Below are positions 8,961 through 18,271 of a stretch of 64,000 nt of DNA, piece by piece. This DNA comes from an uncultured Gemmatimonadaceae bacterium (GTDB taxonomy: Bacteria > Gemmatimonadota > Gemmatimonadetes > Gemmatimonadales > Gemmatimonadaceae). The notes beneath the pieces are model-generated. The model was not told where the DNA came from. It was given only the letters and a program-made list of their open reading frames with translations, and did no database searches. The stretch spans positions 1,056,001-1,120,000 of the forward strand of contig CAVUDW010000003.1 of assembly GCA_963740355.1 (NCBI GenBank), read 5' to 3'. A program made the position numbers and the translations under genes. Position 1 is the stretch's first letter, and each line of letters begins with the position of its first letter.

Positions 8961-9866
8961 CTACATCTCGTTCGCCAGCACCTCTGCCACGACCTTTCGG
9001 ATCACGACACGTGCCTCGTCACTGACGGGCAGCAGCGGCGACCGCGGCGCCCCCCCAACCATTCCAGCCGCGTCCACGGCGGCCTTCAGCCCCGGCACAC
9101 TGTACACGCCGGCCACTTCCGTCGCGATGCGCGTCAGGCCCTGTTGTGCGTCCGCGGCGTCTTCCGGATGCCCGACACCAACGCCACGCGCCACGGCGAG
9201 GGCCAGCTTCGGCGCAATGCAGGCGGCCGACAGCACGGCGCCGGCGCATCCCTCGCTCAACGCCTGCGACAGCGACGGGGCATGGCCCGTCAGGACCGAG
9301 AACGTCGCACTGTTGGCCCGTAGATAGCCAGTGCGCCATTCGGCGTTCCCACTCGAATCCTTGATGCCGATGATGTTGTCGTGCTGCGACAGCTCGCAGA
9401 CCACATCGGGATCGAGGTGGTAGTGCATGAAGGCAGGCACGGAATACAGCACCACCGGGGCCGGCGATGCATCGGCAACGGCCAGGTAGTGCGCGCGCTG
9501 TGCGGCGGGCGTCATCAGCGCCGTGAAGTAGTGCGGCGCCACGACCAGCACGGCGTCGGCGCCGAGTGTCGCGGCATGTTTGGCGCGCGCGATCGTGTGG
9601 CGCGTGCTTTCCGTGCCCACACCCATCAGCAGGAATCGGGAGGACGGTACTTCGTCACGCACGGCCTGCAGCAGGCCATCTCGCTCGGTCTGGTCCAGCA
9701 GCGCAGCTTCGCCAGTCGAGCCGGCGAGGAGCACACCGTGCAGCCCCGCGTCGAGCAGCGCACGCACATTGCGGCGCGCGGCGTCGCGATCGAGCGTGCC
9801 ATTGAGGTCGAAGGGCGTGACGGCGGCGGCGAGCATGCCGCCAAGCACAGGACGTGGTAGTGGCAT
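8961..9866 (-). CDS. dihydrodipicolinate synthase family (class I aldolase) protein
   Basis: GSTGE, LYSVP, IKDSSG motifs; TGATG overlap with trpS. Confidence 0.85.
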   Translation of the reverse strand: MPLPRPVLGGMLAAAVTPFDLNGTLDRDAARRNVRALLDAGLHGVLLAGSTGEAALLDQTERDGLLQAVRDEVPSSRFLLMGVGTESTRHTIARAKHAATLGADAVLVVAPHYFTALMTPAAQRAHYLAVADASPAPVVLYSVPAFMHYHLDPDVVCELSQHDNIIGIKDSSGNAEWRTGYLRANSATFSVLTGHAPSLSQALSEGCAGAVLSAACIAPKLALAVARGVGVGHPEDAADAQQGLTRIATEVAGVYSVPGLKAAVDAAGMVGGAPRSPLLPVSDEARVVIRKVVAEVLANEM

Positions 9867-10852
9867 CAGTCAGTCAGCCCCATGCGCTCGTACACCTGAC
9901 GCATCGTTTCCTGTGCCGTCGTCCGGGCGCGCGTTGCGCCATCCTCGAGCACTTCTGTCACATACGACGGCTGAGCACCGATTTCCGCTGCACGCCGACG
10001 AATTGGCACCAGCACGTGCTCCATGCTTTCCGCCAGCACCTTCTTGCACTCGATGCAGCCCCACGACGCGGCACGGCAGTTCGCCGCGACGGTGGCCTGC
10101 GTGGCGTCGTCGCTGAACGCCTTGTGCAACGAGTAGATGTTGCAGACGTCTGGATTGCCTGGGTCGGTCTTCCGCACGCGTGCCGGATCGGTCATCGCCG
10201 GCCGGAGCTTCTCCCAGATCTGCTCGCGCGTCTCGAGCAGCCCGATGGTGTTGCCGATCGACTTCGACATCTTGGCCTGCCCGTCCAGTCCCATCAGGCG
10301 GCGCACCGGCGTGAGGAGCGGCTGCGGCTCGGGGAAGTACGGCGCATCGGCCGCGAAGCGCCCGTTCCAGCGCCGCGCGATCTCGCGGCTGAGCTCCAGG
10401 TGCTGTACCTGGTCTTCGCCGACGGGCACCCGGGTGGCGTGGTACAACAGGATGTCGGCGGCCTGCAACACGGGATACGTGAGCACACCGGTGATCACGC
10501 TCTCCTGTCGGCTGCTCTTGTCCTTGTACTGCGTCTGCCGCTCCAGCTCACCCAGCGGCGTCACGGTGTTGAAGATCCACGCCAGCTCGGCATGCTGTGG
10601 CACCGCGCTCTGGAAGAAAAGCGTGCACCGCTCCGGATCGAGCCCGGCGGCCAGCAAGGAGACCGCCATTTCGTGGCGACGTCGCCGAAGATCGGCAGGC
10701 TCGTAGTTTCCTGTCAGTGCGTGAAGGTCCACGACGCAGTAGAAGGTTGCGTCGCGGCCTTCCTGCAGCCGGACCCAGTTCTGCACGGCCCCGAGGTAGT
10801 TGCCGATGTGCAGCTCGCCCGAAGGCTGGATTCCGCTGAAGATTCGAGACAT
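9866..10852 (-). CDS. trpS: tryptophan--tRNA ligase
   Basis: SGIQPSGELHIGNY (HIGH), YPVLQAADIL, VPVGEDQ, KMSKS. Confidence 0.97.
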   Translation of the reverse strand: MSRIFSGIQPSGELHIGNYLGAVQNWVRLQEGRDATFYCVVDLHALTGNYEPADLRRRRHEMAVSLLAAGLDPERCTLFFQSAVPQHAELAWIFNTVTPLGELERQTQYKDKSSRQESVITGVLTYPVLQAADILLYHATRVPVGEDQVQHLELSREIARRWNGRFAADAPYFPEPQPLLTPVRRLMGLDGQAKMSKSIGNTIGLLETREQIWEKLRPAMTDPARVRKTDPGNPDVCNIYSLHKAFSDDATQATVAANCRAASWGCIECKKVLAESMEHVLVPIRRRAAEIGAQPSYVTEVLEDGATRARTTAQETMRQVYERMGLTD

Positions 10853-10864
10853 TCCGCCAAGCTA

Positions 10865-11692
10865 ATGACAGACCGCCCTGAGCAGCGACACACCGCCCCG
10901 CAGCCCACCGCCGCCGACCGCGAAATCCTCCGCGAGATCGAGAGAGTCGCACAGGCCGCTGCCTCCTTCATCCGCAGTCAGGACGAAGGCCGCGACGCCC
11001 TGAGCTGGGATATCAAGGGCGAAAGTGACTTCGTCAGCGCGGTGGATCGCGGCACGGAGGAGCTGATCCGGGCCGCGCTTGCACCACCAGGCCGCGACGT
11101 GACCTTCATCGGCGAAGAAAGCGCGCCCGGGACGCTGGTCGCCGCCGGCCTCACCTTCATCGTGGACCCGCTCGACGGCACCACCAACTATCTGCACGGT
11201 TTCCCGGCCTACGCGGTCTCGATCGGCGCATTGATCGACGGAGAGCTGGTGGCGGCCTGCGTCGTGGATGTGCCGCGCAACGAGTGCTACACCGCGGTGC
11301 GCAACGGCGGCGCATTCCGCGATGGGCACCCGATCCGGGTCAGCGGCATCACCGATCCAGCGCTGTCGTTGATTGCGACCGGCGTGCCATTCCGCAAACC
11401 CGAGCAGATCGCACGCTACCTCTATCAATTGCCACGCGTGCTGGCCGAGACGAGCGGGATACGCCGCGCCGGCGCGGCGGCGATCGACCTGGCGCACGTA
11501 GCCTGCGGTCGCGTGGATGGGTTCTGGGAGCTTCGCCTCGCACCGTGGGACGTGGCGGCTGGCATCCTACTGGTGCGCGAAGCCGGCGGGATGGTCACCG
11601 ACTTCGATGGCACGCCGTCGGTGCCCGCGTTTTCAGGCTACGTCGCCGGCAACCCGGCCATGCACACGTGGCTTCTGTCGACCCTGGCCTGA
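10865..11692 (+). CDS. suhB: inositol monophosphatase family (SuhB-like)
   Basis: GEE, VDPLDGTTNY, RRAGAAAIDLAHVACG, WDVAAG motifs; real start within the 612-aa ORF at MTDRPE. Confidence 0.85.
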   Translation: MTDRPEQRHTAPQPTAADREILREIERVAQAAASFIRSQDEGRDALSWDIKGESDFVSAVDRGTEELIRAALAPPGRDVTFIGEESAPGTLVAAGLTFIVDPLDGTTNYLHGFPAYAVSIGALIDGELVAACVVDVPRNECYTAVRNGGAFRDGHPIRVSGITDPALSLIATGVPFRKPEQIARYLYQLPRVLAETSGIRRAGAAAIDLAHVACGRVDGFWELRLAPWDVAAGILLVREAGGMVTDFDGTPSVPAFSGYVAGNPAMHTWLLSTLA

Positions 11693-11702
11693 GGCGCACA
11701 CG

Positions 11703-13208
11703 ATGGCACTGATCGAGTGTGTTCCGAACTTCAGCGAGGGACGTGATCCCGCGGTGATCGATGCGATCGCAGCGGCAATCACGGCAGCGCGCGGGCGAGT
11801 GCTGGATCGCTCCCTCGATGCGTGGCACAACCGTGCCGTGATCACCTTCGTCGCCGAGCCACATGACATCGTCGCGGCGGCGTTCGCCGCCATTCGGACG
11901 GCGCGCGACCGCATCGACTTGTCGCAGCACAGCGGTGTGCACCCGCGGATCGGCGCAGCCGACGTGGTGCCGTTCGTGCCGCTCGACGGTACGACGATGG
12001 ACGACTGCATCCGCGCGGCCCGTGAACTGGCGGACCGCGTGGGCGCCGAGCTGCAGATTCCCGTCTACCTCTACGATCAGGCCGCGCAGCGCCCGCAGTA
12101 TCGCAACCTGGCCGACGTGCGGCACGGCGGCACCACTGCCTTGGAACAGACAATCGGGTCCACACGTCCTCCGGACGCAGGCCCGGCACACCTGCACCCA
12201 ACCGCCGGCGCCGTCGCCATTGGCGCCCGCCACTTCCTTGGTGCGTTCAACGTCTTCGTTGGCCATGCGGCGCACCTGTCACAGGCGAAAGCGATCGCGG
12301 CGGAGCTGCGCGCCGCAAATGGCGGCCTGCCGGGACTGAAGGCGCTCGGCCTCGTCGTCGATGGACAGGCGCAAGTCTCGATGAACGTCACCGATCTCGA
12401 TGCTGTCGCGCTGCACGAGGCGTTCGATGCCGTCGCGGCAGCGGCGGCGACACGCGGCATCGAGGTCACGCACAGCGAGATCATCGGGCTGGTACCCCAA
12501 CACACCATCGAGCAGGCATTCGCCAGCCGCATCATGCTTCGCGATGCGCGCGACTCCGTCTCGCTCGAATACCGCATCGCCGAAACGCGTCCGGCCGATG
12601 ATCTCTCGCACACCGCGCAGGCCATCGCGGCGCTCGACCTTCCCGAAGCCAGCGGCACCGCGTCGGCACTGGCGGCCATCCTCGCGTCCGCCACGGTGCG
12701 GCTGGCGGCTGGCGTGCATGTTGCGCGCAGCAAGAGCCCGTCTGTCGAGTCGATGCAGCGCGTGGTCGCGACAGCCAGCATGCTCGAGCGCCATCTGCAC
12801 ACCGCTGCCCGTGATGACGCGGCCGCGTGGCAACAGGTGATTGCGGCGCGTCGTACGCTCGCGCGCACCAGCGGTGGCATGCCCGACGGATTCCGCGCGG
12901 TTGATGCCGCGCTGATGGGTGCCAGCGAAGTACCGTTGCGAATCGCCCGCCTCGCCGCCGACGTGCTCGCATTGGCGGTCGAGGCGGCGCAGGCTGGAGA
13001 CAACGTGACGGCCCCCGACGCCTGGGCCGGCGCCACCATCGCCCACGCCGCCATCACCGCCGCACTCGGCCTCCTGCGCGGCAACCTCGCGATGCTTGCG
13101 GATCAGACGCTGTCACACGCCGCACACAACGAAGCCAAGTCGCTCACGCACCGCGCCGAGGGCTTGCTCGCTCAAGCGCGCACCGCGGTGAAACACGTCG
13201 CGGGATAG
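11703..13208 (+). CDS. ftcd: glutamate formimidoyltransferase with C-terminal cyclodeaminase-like domain (FTCD-like)
   Basis: MALIECVPNFSEGR, HNRAVIT, HPRIGAADVVPFVP, QVSMN; helical C-terminal FTCD_C-like region. Confidence 0.85.
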   Translation: MALIECVPNFSEGRDPAVIDAIAAAITAARGRVLDRSLDAWHNRAVITFVAEPHDIVAAAFAAIRTARDRIDLSQHSGVHPRIGAADVVPFVPLDGTTMDDCIRAARELADRVGAELQIPVYLYDQAAQRPQYRNLADVRHGGTTALEQTIGSTRPPDAGPAHLHPTAGAVAIGARHFLGAFNVFVGHAAHLSQAKAIAAELRAANGGLPGLKALGLVVDGQAQVSMNVTDLDAVALHEAFDAVAAAAATRGIEVTHSEIIGLVPQHTIEQAFASRIMLRDARDSVSLEYRIAETRPADDLSHTAQAIAALDLPEASGTASALAAILASATVRLAAGVHVARSKSPSVESMQRVVATASMLERHLHTAARDDAAAWQQVIAARRTLARTSGGMPDGFRAVDAALMGASEVPLRIARLAADVLALAVEAAQAGDNVTAPDAWAGATIAHAAITAALGLLRGNLAMLADQTLSHAAHNEAKSLTHRAEGLLAQARTAVKHVAG

Positions 13209-13253
13209 TAAAAAAGGAAACAAATGCGGGCGAAGCACGATCGATTGCACATG

Positions 13254-13379
13254 GAGCACTCCGTGAGCTCCGTGGCCTCCCCCCCAATGCAGTTTGCGAT
13301 CTTTCGCGAAGCACCTTTCTGCCCAGCGCGAGCGAAGAAACAGCAATGAGGGGGAGGCCACGGAGCTCACGGAGTGCTC
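13254..13379. repeat. long intergenic inverted repeat (30-bp perfect arms; MITE/REP-like)
   Basis: GAGCACTCCGTGAGCTCCGTGGCCTCCCCC (13254-13283) and its exact reverse complement (13350-13379), between convergent genes. Confidence 0.8.
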
Positions 13380-13449
13380 GAGTAGCCGGCGTCCGCTTTC
13401 CGCGAACGTCGTCGAGTCTTGTGGGAATGGCCTCTGGCTTCGGTTCGGC

Positions 13450-13989
13450 TCAGCGCTTGGACGCGGTCTGCTCGGGGAAACGGACGCCCTCGATCACGCC
13501 ACGGATCTGCTTCAAGTGCTCCGGGAAGCGCGTCTGCAGCTGCATGTACAGATGCTGCCCCTCGAAGGTCGGTGACCAGCTCACATCCACGCGATAGCGG
13601 CGGATGCCATCGACCAGCATCGTGGTGCTGATCGTGATGGTGGTGTCGCCGCGCGAGATCTCGCACTGCGATGAGTTGAGCGGCAGCACGGGCTTGAAGA
13701 CGAACGCCCCGCCCTTCCAGACATTCAGTTCGGCGCCGGTGCGACGGAGGTCGAAGTCGAGATCGTTCAGCGAGTTGAACTGCGGGATCCACTTCTCGGG
13801 CACCGGGAATTCCGCAGGGCCGAACGGTGTCATGCGCACCGGCACGTCGAAGGTCGCGTTGCTCGGATCACAGGGGATGTCGATGTCACGCGCACCAACG
13901 CCGACGATAGCAGGCGGGATGTTCGGTCGAGCACAGGCCGCAGCTACCAGGGCCACCACTGCCAGCGACATCGAAAGATTCCGTGTCAT
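13450..13989 (-). CDS. putative lipoprotein, unknown function (paralog 1)
   Basis: Lipobox VAAAC, GGAGG RBS; shares YMQLQTR..EHLKQ.RG.IEGVRF with neighbour. Confidence 0.75.
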   Translation of the reverse strand: MTRNLSMSLAVVALVAAACARPNIPPAIVGVGARDIDIPCDPSNATFDVPVRMTPFGPAEFPVPEKWIPQFNSLNDLDFDLRRTGAELNVWKGGAFVFKPVLPLNSSQCEISRGDTTITISTTMLVDGIRRYRVDVSWSPTFEGQHLYMQLQTRFPEHLKQIRGVIEGVRFPEQTASKR

Positions 13990-14061
13990 CGCGCCTCCGA
14001 GAATTCCCGCGTTATGTGATCCTGCATGCCCGCCCGTCCCCACCCATCCAGACTGCCACGC

Positions 14062-14583
14062 CTACTTCTTTGCGCTCAGTGAATCCACCGAGAACCGCAC
14101 TCCCTCGATGATGCCGCGCATCTGCTTCAGGTGCTCCACATAGCGCGTTTGCAGCTGCATGTAGAAGAATTGCCCCTGGATGAGCGGCGCCCACGACACG
14201 TCGACGCGATACGAAAAGCCGTTCAGGCGCTCAGCCTGAATGCTGATCGTGGTGTCGCCACGTGTGATGCGGCAGCGGATCGCGTTCTGCGGCGCCGTGC
14301 TGGGGAACACGAAGCGAGCGCCGCGCCAGACATTCAGGTCGGCGTCGATACGCTTCAGCTCGAGGTCCTGCGGCGTGGTGTAGTTCGTCGACCAGCCGCG
14401 GAGCACCGGTACGGTGGCGGGGCCGAGTGTGAAGGTCTCCGTGGCACCGTTGAGCGTGCCGTTGCGCGGATCGCAAACTTCATCGAGCGGTGTGCCAAAC
14501 GGCGCAGGCGCGAACTGGCGAAGGCAACCGCTCAGGCCGGCAACCGTCAGTGCGATGAGTATGGCTGGCTGAATTCGCGGCAT
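14062..14583 (-). CDS. putative lipoprotein, unknown function (paralog 2)
   Basis: Lipobox LSGC, AGGAGG RBS; similar to 13450..13989. Confidence 0.75.
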   Translation of the reverse strand: MPRIQPAILIALTVAGLSGCLRQFAPAPFGTPLDEVCDPRNGTLNGATETFTLGPATVPVLRGWSTNYTTPQDLELKRIDADLNVWRGARFVFPSTAPQNAIRCRITRGDTTISIQAERLNGFSYRVDVSWAPLIQGQFFYMQLQTRYVEHLKQMRGIIEGVRFSVDSLSAKK

Positions 14584-14639
14584 GCTGATCCTCCTGCACG
14601 CAGTCTGTCGGCGGGGCCCCGGATTGTCGAGTACCCCGC

Positions 14640-14711
14640 CCAGCGAAATGGGTGCACTGTCACCGGATTACCAGCGAAATGAGTGCACTGTCACCGGAAT
14701 TGTCACCGGAA
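14640..14711. repeat. direct repeat CCAGCGAAATG(G/A)GTGCACTGTCACCGGA x2 plus partial third copy (REP-like)
   Basis: Copies at 14640-14667 and 14671-14698, and TGTCACCGGAA at 14701-14711, just downstream of map. Confidence 0.75.
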
Positions 14712-14722
14712 CGCGGGCGGCC

Positions 14723-15481
14723 CTACGAATCGATGTTCGTGAGGATGCGGGGGCCGTTGGCGGTGATGGCGACGGTGTGCTCGAAGTGGGCTGACCACTT
14801 GGCGTCGGCGGTCACCATCGTCCACTTGTCGCTCAGGGTGCGGATCGCTGCCGTGCCAATGTTCACCATCGGTTCGATGGCCAGCGTCATGCCCGCCATG
14901 AGCTTTGTCCCGCGCTTGGGCTTGCCGTAGTTCGGGACCTGCAACTCCTCGTGCGGCACGAAGCCGACGCCGTGGCCGACCAGCTCACGGACGACCGAGA
15001 ATCCAGCCGCCTCGACGACGGTCTGCACCGCGTGCCCGATGTCGCCGATGTGATTGCCGAGCACCGAGACGTCGATCGCAGCCTGCAGCGACACCTTGGT
15101 GACGTCCAGCAAACGCTGATGGAGTTCGCTGATCTGTCCCACGGGATGCGTCTGCGCCGCATCGGTGAACATCCCTTCGAATTTCACGCCGATGTCGACG
15201 GAAAGGATGTCACCTTCCTTCAGGATGCGCTTCGGCGACGGAATTCCATGCACGATCTCCTCGTTGATGCTGAGGCAGACCGATCCAGGAAACCCGTACA
15301 AGCCCTTGAACGCTGGCGTCGCGCCGGCGTGGCTGCGGATGAACTCCTCCGCCAGCGCGTCCAGCTGCTGCGTACTGACGCCGGGACGAATTGCGGCACG
15401 CACATGATCATGGGTCGCGGCGAGAATTCTCCCACCGCGCGCCATCGTGTCGATCTCACGTGCCGACTTGAGCTGGATCAC
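14723..15481 (-). CDS. map: methionine aminopeptidase type I
   Basis: SINEEIVHGIP, DIGV, GHGVG, AIEPM, HFEHTV. Confidence 0.97.
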   Translation of the reverse strand: MIQLKSAREIDTMARGGRILAATHDHVRAAIRPGVSTQQLDALAEEFIRSHAGATPAFKGLYGFPGSVCLSINEEIVHGIPSPKRILKEGDILSVDIGVKFEGMFTDAAQTHPVGQISELHQRLLDVTKVSLQAAIDVSVLGNHIGDIGHAVQTVVEAAGFSVVRELVGHGVGFVPHEELQVPNYGKPKRGTKLMAGMTLAIEPMVNIGTAAIRTLSDKWTMVTADAKWSAHFEHTVAITANGPRILTNIDS

Positions 15482-16134
15482 AGGCCCAGCGCGAGTCGCG
15501 CGCGTCCCGTGATCTCATCGATCGCGCCGACGGCATCGATCGTGGCGATACGGTCACCATTCTGCTCATACCAGGCGAGCACCGGCTCAGTGGACTTCCG
15601 GTAGGCGTCGAGACGCGTCTTGACTGCTTCCGGATCATCATCCTTGCGGCGGACAAGAACGCCACCGCCCTGGCCGCTGACGCATCCGGCCACATCACAC
15701 GATTCGCCGGGCTCACGCCCGGTGAACGGTGCGCTGCACTTGTCGCAGGTGAGGCGGCTGCTGATCCGGCTGATGATTTCATCGTCCGGGATGTCGAAGA
15801 CCAGCACGGCATCGAGCGAACGCCCGAGGTCGGCCAGCACCTTCTCCAACCCGGCTGCCTGCGGCACCGTGCGCACGACGCCATCGAGCACCGCGCCCTT
15901 GGTATAGGCCGGCTGCGACAACGTTTCCTTGATGATGCCAAGGATGACATCGTCTGCGACGAGATCACCACGGTCCATGAAGGCCTTGGCGGCCAGACCC
16001 ATGGGAGTGCCAGCGCGAAGCGCGGCACGCAAGGCTTCGCCGGTAGCAAGGATCGGAACGTCAAGCGCCGCGGCGAGCCGCGGCGCCTGAGTGCCTTTTC
16101 CCGCCCCGGGTTTGCCGAAGAGGACGATAACCAT
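15478..16134 (-). CDS. adk: adenylate kinase
   Basis: GKPGAGKGTQ P-loop, Cys-containing LID, RKDD; position after secY. Confidence 0.96.
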   Translation of the reverse strand: MVIVLFGKPGAGKGTQAPRLAAALDVPILATGEALRAALRAGTPMGLAAKAFMDRGDLVADDVILGIIKETLSQPAYTKGAVLDGVVRTVPQAAGLEKVLADLGRSLDAVLVFDIPDDEIISRISSRLTCDKCSAPFTGREPGESCDVAGCVSGQGGGVLVRRKDDDPEAVKTRLDAYRKSTEPVLAWYEQNGDRIATIDAVGAIDEITGRARLALGL

Positions 16135-16203
16135 GTGCGAGCGGGGTGTCCGGAGTAGTGCCGAAGAACCGCGAGTCAGGCGACCCGGCGGGACTTCCGG
16201 CGG

Positions 16204-17538
16204 TCAGAGACCGCCGGTTGCCTGCCGTCCGCGATAGCGAACCTTGCCCTTCTTCATGAAGCCATCGTACTGGCGCAGCAAGAGATGCTGCTGCATCTGC
16301 GCCATCGTGTCCAATGCCACACCAACGACGATCAGCAGGCTGGTACCACCGAAGCTGAACGGGACGTTGATCCACTTGGCAATCAACTGCGGGAGCAGCG
16401 CGATGATAGTCAGGAAAAGTGCACCTGGCAGCGTAATGCGGCTCACGACCTGATCGATGTATTCAGCGGTCTTGGCGCCAGGCTTGATGCCCGGGACGAA
16501 ACCGCCCTGCTTCTTCAGGTTCTCGGACAGGTCGATCGGATTGAAGATGATCGACGTGTAGAAGTAGGTGAAGAACAGGATCAACACGGCGCTGAGCACG
16601 AAGTACAGCCACGTACCCGGCGAGAAGAACTCGGCGAAGGTCTTCAGGTTCTCGTTGCCGCTGAACTGTGCGATGGCACTTGGCACCACGATCACCGACT
16701 GCGCGAAGATGATCGGCATCACGCCGGCCGAATTCAGGCGCAGCGGGATGAAGTTTCGCGCTTCCTGCCGCATCCGACCTCGACTCACCGTCCGCTGCGG
16801 GATCTGGATCAGGATGCGGCGTGCCGCCATCGTGATTGCGACCACACCAGCCACCACCGCCAGCATCACCACGCCGAGCACCAGGATCTGGAGCGGACCG
16901 ATGGCGCCACTGCTGAGGAAGCTGAACGTCTGGAAGATGCCCGGCCAGAAGCGTTCGACGATCGAGAAGAAGATGATCAACGACGCGCCATTGCCGAGTC
17001 CACGCTCCGTGATCTGCTCACCAAGCCACATCACGAACATTGCACCCGTCGTCAGGAACAGCGTCATCTGGAGCTTGAACGCAAACCCAGGATTGGCCAC
17101 GGCACCGCCAAGCGATTCCGTGAACAGGCCGAAGCCCCAGCCCTGAATGACGGCGAGGAACACCGTCGCGTAGCGCGTCCACTGCGTCAGCTTCTTCCGG
17201 CCTTCTTCGTCCTTCTGCAGCTTGTCCACCTGCGGCAGCACTGCACCAGCGATCTGCACGAAGATGGAGGCCGAGATGTACGGCATGATGCCCAGCGCGA
17301 ACACGGTCGCCCGGCTCAGGCCACCACCGGAAAACAGGTCATACAGGCCCAGAATTCCGCCGCCGTTACCCTGGTTCTGGAAATACGCCGTGATGGCCAG
17401 CACATCCACGCCTGGGGCGGTGATGTGCGCGCCAACACGGTAGAGCACGAGGCAGATGAACGTGAACGTGATCTTCTGCCACAGCTCGGGCGTGCGATAA
17501 ATATTCGCGACGGTATCCGTCGCGGAGGCCTGTGCCAT
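16204..17538 (-). CDS. secY: preprotein translocase SecY
   Basis: ALGIMPYISASI, WLGEQITERGLGNG, GGTSLLIVVGV. Confidence 0.98.
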   Translation of the reverse strand: MAQASATDTVANIYRTPELWQKITFTFICLVLYRVGAHITAPGVDVLAITAYFQNQGNGGGILGLYDLFSGGGLSRATVFALGIMPYISASIFVQIAGAVLPQVDKLQKDEEGRKKLTQWTRYATVFLAVIQGWGFGLFTESLGGAVANPGFAFKLQMTLFLTTGAMFVMWLGEQITERGLGNGASLIIFFSIVERFWPGIFQTFSFLSSGAIGPLQILVLGVVMLAVVAGVVAITMAARRILIQIPQRTVSRGRMRQEARNFIPLRLNSAGVMPIIFAQSVIVVPSAIAQFSGNENLKTFAEFFSPGTWLYFVLSAVLILFFTYFYTSIIFNPIDLSENLKKQGGFVPGIKPGAKTAEYIDQVVSRITLPGALFLTIIALLPQLIAKWINVPFSFGGTSLLIVVGVALDTMAQMQQHLLLRQYDGFMKKGKVRYRGRQATGGL

Positions 17539-17541
17539 CCC

Positions 17542-18009
17542 TTACTCCTCGACGCGACCGCCGGCCGCCTCGATCTTCGCCTTGGCGCTGGCGCTCACCT
17601 TCACGCCACGCACCGTGAACGCGCCGGTGACTTCGCCGTTACCGAGCAGCTTGGCCGGACCCTTGTTCACGTTCACCAGCCCTGCTGCCAACAACGTCTC
17701 CGTCGTCACTTCGGTCCCCGTCACCTTTGTCAGTTCATCCAGACGAACGATCTGGTTGACGATGCTGAACGGGTTGGTGAAGCCACGCTTCGGAATACGA
17801 CGGGTCAACGGCATCTGACCGCCTTCGAAGTGCGGCTTGCCGCCGCCCGGGCCGTGATGGCCCGCGCGTGCCTTCTGACCCTTGTGTCCCTTACCTGCCG
17901 TCTTGCCCGTGCCGGAGCCCGGGCCGCGACCGATACGCTTCCGGTTGCGGTGCGAACCTGGTGCTGGCACCAGGTTGTGCAGGCCCAGCTTTTCGATGGT
18001 CTCGCTCAT
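17542..18009 (-). CDS. rplO: 50S ribosomal protein L15
   Basis: RIGRGPGSGTGKTAGKGHKGQKAR, FEGGQMPL. Confidence 0.97.
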   Translation of the reverse strand: MSETIEKLGLHNLVPAPGSHRNRKRIGRGPGSGTGKTAGKGHKGQKARAGHHGPGGGKPHFEGGQMPLTRRIPKRGFTNPFSIVNQIVRLDELTKVTGTEVTTETLLAAGLVNVNKGPAKLLGNGEVTGAFTVRGVKVSASAKAKIEAAGGRVEE

Positions 18010-18016
18010 GGCTCCG

Positions 18017-18271
18017 TTACTCCGCGACCGGGGTCACTTCAAGCAAGTGACGCACCCGCTTGATCTGCCCACGCAAGGACGGACTGTCCTGCTGGATTAC
18101 TTCATCCTGATGATGCTTGAGGCCCAAGGCCTCGAGCGTCGCCTTCTGGACCTGCGGGTGACCGATCCCGCTGCGCACCTGCTTGATGCGCAGCTTGCCG
18201 GTGGTCATCGGCAGGGTCTTCGGCGTCTTCTTCGGGCCCTTGGTCGGACTCCAGAAAAACTCGCGCGGCAT
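18017..18271 (-). CDS. rpmD: 50S ribosomal protein L30 (N-terminal extension)
   Basis: LRIKQVRSGIG...TLEALGL...GQIKRVRHLL; start overlaps rpsE stop. Confidence 0.9.
   Translation of the reverse strand: MPREFFWSPTKGPKKTPKTLPMTTGKLRIKQVRSGIGHPQVQKATLEALGLKHHQDEVIQQDSPSLRGQIKRVRHLLEVTPVAE

Noticed and set aside
9854..10864. 612-aa ORF suggesting a large N-terminal fusion to SuhB
   Set aside because: The N-terminal half is antisense to trpS; the recognisable IMPase starts at 10865.
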